The notes under the pieces: generated by a model
What the model was told of the DNA's origin: nothing
The model's database searches: none
The model's input: the letters and a program-made list of their open reading frames with translations, nothing else
In this document: one piece after another, positions 57,741 to 64,000 of the stretch
How the letters are laid out: every line of letters starts with the position of its first letter
Position numbering within the stretch: position 1 is the stretch's first letter
Origin: Nitrospira sp.
GTDB taxonomy: Bacteria; Nitrospirota; Nitrospiria; Nitrospirales; Nitrospiraceae
Length of the DNA: 64,000 nucleotides
Reading direction: 5' to 3'
NCBI GenBank assembly: GCA_047150005.1
Contig: AP038806.1
Coordinates: 3,776,001-3,840,000, forward strand
Made by a program: the position numbers and the translations under genes

Positions 57741-58148
57741 ATGATAGTCATGTATCGGGTGATCGGTTTGGCGCTATGTGCTTTCTTGTGGACCGGATCG
57801 GGATGGGCGGCCGACCCAGCGGACGTGGAAAAATTCGTGAAAGCCCGCATCGAGATCGGGGAGATGATGACCAACTATTTTGCCGGCGGGGGTAGCAACG
57901 GCGCCGGGCAACGGCCCTCGCCCGAACAGATGCAGGACATGCGGGCGGACATCAACGCGAAGCTCGGCAAGGTCCTGGCGAAGTATGACTTGACCGTCGA
58001 GGAGTACCGCGCGCGCAGCAAGGAAGTGTTTGCCGACGAAGTCGGCGTGAAGAGCTTTCTCGACGCGCATCCCGATCTGAAGCAACGATACGATGCCCTG
58101 CCGCTCGACCGCATGGGGCGCGGTGGAGGATCGGGAAGAGGATACTGA
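57741..58148 (+). CDS. Hypothetical secreted helical protein
   Basis: Signal peptide ending GWA; upstream of Kelch gene. Confidence 0.7.
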   Translation: MIVMYRVIGLALCAFLWTGSGWAADPADVEKFVKARIEIGEMMTNYFAGGGSNGAGQRPSPEQMQDMRADINAKLGKVLAKYDLTVEEYRARSKEVFADEVGVKSFLDAHPDLKQRYDALPLDRMGRGGGSGRGY

Positions 58149-58169
58149 GTGAAATCGAGGGAACGAGCC

Positions 58170-59171
58170 ATGCGAGCCGGATGGGCACATTGCTGCCTTG
58201 TTTTGCTCTGTCTCATGGCATGGCCGGGCGCCGCGGAACCAACCGAGCCGGAACCGGGCCAAGGAACCTGGCGAACGGCCGCGCCGGCCCCGTTGAAACG
58301 GACAGAGGCAGTCGCCGCCTCGGTGAACGGCAAGATTGACGTCGTGGGAGGATTCGAGCCGCCCGGTTTGGGTAACCTCCTCAAACTGGCGATCACGTCG
58401 GCGGTCGAGGAATACGACCCTCTATCGGATCGATGGACTGCAAAAGCCTCCATGCCGATGGGACTACACCACGTGGGCATTGGAGTGGCCGGGGGCATCG
58501 TGTACGTGATCGGCGGCTACAGGCAATCGGGCCTGAGCGTCTGGCAACCGGTCGCCTTCGTCTATGCGTATGATCCGAGCACGGACGTCTGGACCGAGCG
58601 CACACCCATGCCGACCGCCCGCGGAGCCTTGGCAGTGGCGGAGTTCGGCGGAACGCTCTACGCGGTCGGAGGCTTCGGCGAGAAGGGCAATAGCGCGGCG
58701 GTCGAGGCCTACGATCCGGCCAGCGACCGGTGGGTGTCTCGGGCACCCTTGCCGACTCCTCGAGACCATCTGGCTGTCACGACCCTTGGCGAAAAGATCT
58801 ACGCGATTGGGGGTCGGCTCAACGGCGACTACCAGCGAAACCTCGCCGTCACCGAAATCTACGATCCTGCCTCGGATCGATGGGAGGCGGCACCGCCGCT
58901 GCCGACCGCTCGCAGCGGGATCGCGGCAGTCTCGCTCACGAACAGGCTCTATGTGTTCGGGGGCGAAGGCCCCGAAGGCACGTTCCGCGAGAATGAAGCG
59001 TTCGATCCGGCGCGGCGCACGTGGCAAGTGATGGCCCCGATGCCGACCGGACGGCATGGTCTGGGAGCCGCCGGGCTCGACGGGGGGATCCACGTCATCG
59101 ACGGAGGCCCGACCCCTGGCGGCTCCTTCAGCAATCTGCACGAGGTCTTTACGCCACCGGCTGCCCACTGA
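58170..59171 (+). CDS. Secreted Kelch-repeat beta-propeller protein
   Basis: Six YxxGG...YDP..D.W...P.PT.R repeats. Confidence 0.9.
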   Translation: MRAGWAHCCLVLLCLMAWPGAAEPTEPEPGQGTWRTAAPAPLKRTEAVAASVNGKIDVVGGFEPPGLGNLLKLAITSAVEEYDPLSDRWTAKASMPMGLHHVGIGVAGGIVYVIGGYRQSGLSVWQPVAFVYAYDPSTDVWTERTPMPTARGALAVAEFGGTLYAVGGFGEKGNSAAVEAYDPASDRWVSRAPLPTPRDHLAVTTLGEKIYAIGGRLNGDYQRNLAVTEIYDPASDRWEAAPPLPTARSGIAAVSLTNRLYVFGGEGPEGTFRENEAFDPARRTWQVMAPMPTGRHGLGAAGLDGGIHVIDGGPTPGGSFSNLHEVFTPPAAH

Positions 59172-59415
59172 GTCCTTGCTCATAGAATCAAAATAGATCC
59201 TCGCTGAATCAAAATATTCTCGGCTCCTGCATCTTCCACGTTCTACGTCGCATCCTCGTCATGCACATTCCCGCTGATTTCTCTCGGCTCTATAAGAGTA
59301 ACCTTGTCTTCGGGTCAGGGCATTGGAGTTGCAGGTTTATCTTGTTGTCACATTCGGGGTTTGTTCTCATCATGATATCGGAATTGACAGGGACCGGCCG
59401 ATAAGGTGATTTCCC

Positions 59416-60042
59416 ATGTTCCATGACTCGTTCCTGCGTCATTCCGGAAAGGGTCGGCCCTGCCCTTACTGTTCTTCGACCAAGACCAACGAGGTCAGTC
59501 AATACCTGCTTGGGTGTTCACACCTGGCGCTGCAGCGCTGCGGGGATTTCCTATTGGAGGCCGCGACCCGGTTTGACGCAGAAGACGAGGATGCGGCGCT
59601 GGAGCAGGCCATCTATGCGCGTGAGGAGTTGGACCGGTCGCGCTATCTGGAAGATCAATGGAGGGTGGGCCTGACCAGCGCCGCCGTTTCGGTGAAGGAC
59701 ATCGAAACCCACTTAAAGGAGCACCTGGAGAAACAGGAACGCAGCAGAGGCGGGGTTCAAGTTCCGCTCAGAGCCGCGGCTACCGGCACCTCCGCGTCGG
59801 AAAGTCGGACCGGCACCCAGGACGCCGGTGAGGAGGATCGGCCGCGCAGGAGGGAAGCGATCCGCCAATACATGCTGGACGTGATCGGCATCTACACCTA
59901 TCGCTGGGACCGGCTGCAGAGCTTCGATTTGCTGAACCTCTCCGACCCGGAGCTGGCCCACGCCTATATGCGTCTGAGCGACCGCCTGACTTTGCCGGCG
60001 CCTCCCGACATGGCACCCGCCCGCCGCGCAAGAACGGTCTGA
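59416..60042 (+). CDS. Hypothetical protein with N-terminal CxxC
   Basis: CPYC...GCSH; 208 aa ORF. Confidence 0.6.
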   Translation: MFHDSFLRHSGKGRPCPYCSSTKTNEVSQYLLGCSHLALQRCGDFLLEAATRFDAEDEDAALEQAIYAREELDRSRYLEDQWRVGLTSAAVSVKDIETHLKEHLEKQERSRGGVQVPLRAAATGTSASESRTGTQDAGEEDRPRRREAIRQYMLDVIGIYTYRWDRLQSFDLLNLSDPELAHAYMRLSDRLTLPAPPDMAPARRARTV

Positions 60043-60054
60043 GCCGGCAGAGGG

Positions 60055-62403
60055 TTATCGGTTTTCCAGCCTATTGTAATCCAGCGATCCCGCGTCGATG
60101 GGGTTTATGCGCCGGTAGGTTTTATGGATCGCATCGCTGTGGCGCCAGAAGTCCCGGTTGGTACGGCGCAGAGCGAAGCGGTCGGTGAGCTTGCGGTAGT
60201 CCTCTTCGCCGCCGAGTGAGGCCACCATGGCGATAAACTCCGGCAGATCCTGCCGAGTGACCCGATAGAAGGCGTTGGGATAGGCGCCGACGAGGCCCCG
60301 TGCCACCGTGATCCCGTCTTCGTCAGGAAGGCGGCGGGATTCGTTGTTGAAGAGCGAGGCGATATTGCTGAACCCGTTGTCGTGCAGCAGGGTATAGAGC
60401 CGGTCTTCACGTGCGTCTCCGACCGGCCCGTCCGCGACGGTCAGCAGGGCGACTTCCGGCATCCACTGTAACGTCTGCCCCTTGATCTTGGACAATCCCT
60501 GCAGCTGCTCCCGCACATCCGCGTCTTTTTCGCCCATCACATCGTAAGCCCGGTTCATCGAGCCGGCGAGGTGCTGCTCCAGCATGTCGAACAACTCGTG
60601 CTTGGGCCGGTCGGTCCGATACTGGATTCCGCTTTCTTTCTCGACGTTGATACGGCGCCCCAAGACATAATCCTTCACCGACTCGTGCGCATCTCGATAC
60701 CAGAAGTCCCGTTCTCGCTCCCGGTCTTTGGCGGGCAACAGCAGCAGAAAATTCGATTCCCCTTCCATCCGGAGGAAATCCATATACAGCCGCGTATCGA
60801 GCTGGTGGCCCGAGAAGCCGTACACGTCGAATCCGGCGACGAGCAGATAGTAGATCCGCTCGAATAGGTCGTAGGACAGGAGCCAGGCGGTCTTCGGGTC
60901 GTCGCCGACCAGGCCTTGGACAACGGAGGCGCTGTCCGAATGGCGGAATACGGTAAGCGCGGCGTTGTGATTCTGGCCACGGCCGTTCCAGATGAACGCC
61001 AAGCCGGCCGCCTCACCTTTGAGATCGAGCGACTCGAGATAGGCCTGCTTGGCCTTGAGAAACTCGTTCTGCATACTGGAATATTTCATCCAGGAGATCA
61101 GACCCAATCTGCTGGTCCCTTCCTCTGTCGGCAGGTAGAGATAGTCGCTCGTCTCCGCCAGGTATTCGTCCGTTCCGTCGAGCGCGGCGCTGTCCGGATC
61201 GATGAAGACCATCCAGAACCGGTCGTCGATGACGTTCAACGCAACCTGCCCGCGACAGACCGGCCCCTTGATGAACTGCATGACGAACGTCTGCGCGTCG
61301 TCCAGAAGAAACTTGTAGCGGGAACGAACCGGCAGATCACGGAAAGCGACGAAGGGATTGGAGGCAATCTTCGGCTCATAGCCGGGAAGCGAACGAACCT
61401 CGAACGGCGCGTCAAGGAACAATTCGGTGAACCGTTGCTTCCGCTCCCGACTCAGTCCGTAGGGAATGTGCGTTTTGGCGAGAAGCCCCGCATGCACCGG
61501 CTCGAGGCGGTAATAGACTCGGGGAACGCCGGGATCGTCGTAGGGCCGGCGAGTCGCGATCTGGTCGATCGGCCGACCGGGCGCTGTGCGCGAACGCACG
61601 AGACGGAACCAGCGTCGATCCGGAAGCCCGTCGAAATACAGATGGGTCAAATGCAGATGCTCATAGAGATAACGGCTCATGAGAGCCTGCTTCGGGGTCT
61701 CACCGTTGAGAAAGGTCTCCCATTCGTCCACCCGCGCCTTGACCGAGCGCGGAAGCGGATTAGGGCCGTGATAGGGAGCGCCTTGCTGGATCCACCGGAT
61801 GAGCGTGTGATACTCGTCGTCGGTCAGGCCGGGCAAGCCGTAGGGCATGCCCCACAGGGGATACTTTTGGGCGAAGGCATCGAACTGACTGTCGGTGGGA
61901 CATTGCTGGTCCCGATCAAGGGATAGATCGAAACTGTCAGGCAGAAGGGATTGATCCGGCAGCGGGTGCGTCCGCTTGAGCGCCAGCATGCGCGCGAAGA
62001 CACCGGCCCGCCGCTGCTCTTCCGTTGCCTGCTCATCTTCCTGCAGGACCGGGAAGAATTTCTTATCTCGCCAAGCCGAGACGGTGCCGGCATCCTCGAA
62101 GAGCCTTGTCGGCTCGGCCGTCAGGAGCCGCATCGCGTCGTAGACCGGTTTCTTGTTGGCCCCGCGGGTCACGCCTTCATACGCGGTCAGGTTCAATTGG
62201 CAGGGCGCGTCATAGCACCCATGACAGACGACGCAACGGCGTTCCAGAATCGGCTGCACATCCCGCCAATAATCGACCGTCGCGATGCCGGCCGAACTCG
62301 GAGGTGGTGGAGCCGGTACCGTCGCCTGCTTGGACGGAGCCGACTGGGCGCAGCCACTCAATATCAGGATTACCACCGCCCACATCCATCCTCTTTTCGT
62401 CAT
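60055..62403 (-). CDS. cti: Fatty acid cis/trans isomerase
   Basis: LSGC lipobox, RCVVCHGCYDAPCQL heme-c motif, FIKGPVCRGQVALNVI, LDYNRLENR. Confidence 0.93.
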   Translation of the reverse strand: MTKRGWMWAVVILILSGCAQSAPSKQATVPAPPPPSSAGIATVDYWRDVQPILERRCVVCHGCYDAPCQLNLTAYEGVTRGANKKPVYDAMRLLTAEPTRLFEDAGTVSAWRDKKFFPVLQEDEQATEEQRRAGVFARMLALKRTHPLPDQSLLPDSFDLSLDRDQQCPTDSQFDAFAQKYPLWGMPYGLPGLTDDEYHTLIRWIQQGAPYHGPNPLPRSVKARVDEWETFLNGETPKQALMSRYLYEHLHLTHLYFDGLPDRRWFRLVRSRTAPGRPIDQIATRRPYDDPGVPRVYYRLEPVHAGLLAKTHIPYGLSRERKQRFTELFLDAPFEVRSLPGYEPKIASNPFVAFRDLPVRSRYKFLLDDAQTFVMQFIKGPVCRGQVALNVIDDRFWMVFIDPDSAALDGTDEYLAETSDYLYLPTEEGTSRLGLISWMKYSSMQNEFLKAKQAYLESLDLKGEAAGLAFIWNGRGQNHNAALTVFRHSDSASVVQGLVGDDPKTAWLLSYDLFERIYYLLVAGFDVYGFSGHQLDTRLYMDFLRMEGESNFLLLLPAKDRERERDFWYRDAHESVKDYVLGRRINVEKESGIQYRTDRPKHELFDMLEQHLAGSMNRAYDVMGEKDADVREQLQGLSKIKGQTLQWMPEVALLTVADGPVGDAREDRLYTLLHDNGFSNIASLFNNESRRLPDEDGITVARGLVGAYPNAFYRVTRQDLPEFIAMVASLGGEEDYRKLTDRFALRRTNRDFWRHSDAIHKTYRRINPIDAGSLDYNRLENR

Positions 62404-62647
62404 TCGATCCCCAGCCCTATCATGAGAGGCGCAGCGGCCCTGCGTGCTCAATGGAACGACCCTTGACCCTTGTCTTGCTCGTCGAGCCCCGCCGCTGTTC
62501 GGACTTGAGGGCAGTTACTCTAGCATAAGGGGGAAGAGAAACGGATCGGCGCGCCACCGCTCTGAGGCGCGCGGCCCTTCAGAATGCCGAGATTCCACTG
62601 TTGGCCATTGACAAAGGCCGCGCAGAGCCAGGAGAATCGAGCAACCT

Positions 62648-63895
62648 GTGTCCTCGAAACACCTCAACGTCAAGGCGAGCGCATCGGTCCCCGCGACGGA
62701 CGCGGACGAGGAACCGTCGTTCCCGCCTTACGGCGGCCCCCCGTTTTTTTCTTACGGATTTCGGCCGTTTTTTCTGTCTGCTTCGCTGTTTGCGGGCTTC
62801 GCCGTACCGTTCTGGGTACTGCTGTTCGCCGGAACAGGCAGCGTCTCGTTTCTCTATCCGCCGCGTGACTGGCATGTTCACGAGATGCTCTTCGGGTTTC
62901 TTCCGGCGGTCATCGCGGGATTTCTGTTGACCGCGGTCCCGAACTGGACCGGACGTGCGCCGCTGCGCGGCGTCCCGCTGCTCGCCCTATGGCTCTTATG
63001 GTTGGCAGGCCGTTTCTGCCTCGCAGTACCGACGGCCTCTCCACTCGTCGTCGCCGTCCTTGATACCGCGTTCCTGATCGTCCTGGCCTTGCTGCTCTGG
63101 CGGGAACTGTATGCTGCGTCTGCTTGGGCACAAACGCCCATCGCGGTCGTGATCAGCCTCTATGCCGCGGCCAATGCGTTGTTTCATGCAGCGGCCCTGC
63201 GCGGCCTGCCGACCGCTCTGCCGGAGCGGCTCGTCCTCGCTCTGGTCCTGCTCCTGTTGACGCTCATCGGCGGACGAATCACGCCGAATTTGACCCGGGA
63301 ATTCCTGGCGCAGTCGGGCGCGACGACCTTGCCGTCGGAGTTTTCACGCTTCGACGTCCTGTCCATCTTGTCGGTCGTGATCGCCGCCGCCATGTGGATC
63401 GCCAAGCCCGACTCTCCCATTGCCGGATGGGCATTCGTCACGGCCGGTCTCCTCAATCTTGCGCGGCTCCGGCGCTGGCGCAGCGGGGCCGTCCGCAAGG
63501 AACCGCTGGCCCTGATCCTTCACATCGGATACGGCTGGCTCGTATTCTCCCTGTTCGTGCTCGGGAGCACGTTGCTCGGGACGGGGGTGCCGCAAGCCAA
63601 CGCTCTGCATGCGTTGACCACCGGCGCAGTCGGCGCCATGACCCTCGCCGTCATGACCCGTGCAAGCCTGGGACATACGGGAAGGCCGAAGCGGGCCGGC
63701 ACGCTGACCGTCGCCATCTATCTGTTGGTAAATCTGGGCGCGGTGTTGCGTATTCTTGTCCCGCAGGCAGAATCGCCGACGACACTGACCTATATGGTGC
63801 TCCACTTGTCGGCCGTGGCCTGGAGCGGCGCCTACCTGCTCTTTGCCCTTGGCTACGGGCCCATGCTTGTACGCAGGTCGATGGATGAGCCGTGA
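62648..63895 (+). CDS. nnrS: NnrS family membrane protein
   Basis: GFRPFF, WHVHEMLFGF, GFLLTAVPNWTG, GGRITP, VMTRASLGHTGR. Confidence 0.93.
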   Translation: MSSKHLNVKASASVPATDADEEPSFPPYGGPPFFSYGFRPFFLSASLFAGFAVPFWVLLFAGTGSVSFLYPPRDWHVHEMLFGFLPAVIAGFLLTAVPNWTGRAPLRGVPLLALWLLWLAGRFCLAVPTASPLVVAVLDTAFLIVLALLLWRELYAASAWAQTPIAVVISLYAAANALFHAAALRGLPTALPERLVLALVLLLLTLIGGRITPNLTREFLAQSGATTLPSEFSRFDVLSILSVVIAAAMWIAKPDSPIAGWAFVTAGLLNLARLRRWRSGAVRKEPLALILHIGYGWLVFSLFVLGSTLLGTGVPQANALHALTTGAVGAMTLAVMTRASLGHTGRPKRAGTLTVAIYLLVNLGAVLRILVPQAESPTTLTYMVLHLSAVAWSGAYLLFALGYGPMLVRRSMDEP

Positions 63896-64000
63896 GAAAT
63901 AGGGGCTTTTCAGTCACGGTTCGGCGGACTTATACTTTGATGGGCTGGGGAAGGTGCGGGAGAATGGAATGGTTCTCCGCCGCTGTGGTCGCCAGAAAGC

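Overview
GC-rich bacterial chromosomal window. Gene content (stand-alone soxCD, extra clpX, PII-like pairs, PilZ, cti, nnrS, small conserved hypotheticals) suggests a Nitrospira-like organism; this is inference. The left half (1 to ~32 kb) is an accessory/defence region. It holds six toxin-antitoxin pairs (one with a frameshifted toxin) plus toxin fragments, a type III-like Res/Mod restriction system with a TA pair wedged between the two genes, a Mesh1-like HD hydrolase, tex, soxCD and five IS elements: one IS30, three near-identical copies of a second IS30, and one IS3. Several repeat families interleave with these genes: heptamer/20-mer tandem arrays, dRS3-like REP palindromes, a ~170-bp composite repeat carrying a GIY-YIG nuclease-like gene tail, and GGGGACAGGC-type inverted repeats. 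Every IS sits in or against one of these palindromes, and the three-copy IS30 takes its transposase stop codon from the target repeat. The right half (~32-64 kb) is mostly metabolic and stress genes: a DEAD-box helicase, a cNMP-sensor kinase / receiver-TrxB-like / DsbA-like / DedA-rhodanese operon, Ap4A phosphorylase, an orphan clpX facing genes whose products end in -AA, MOSC proteins, nitrobindin, an OPT transporter, a Kelch protein, cti and nnrS. No rRNA, full tRNA or CRISPR array was found. All family calls come from motif recognition by eye, not database searches.
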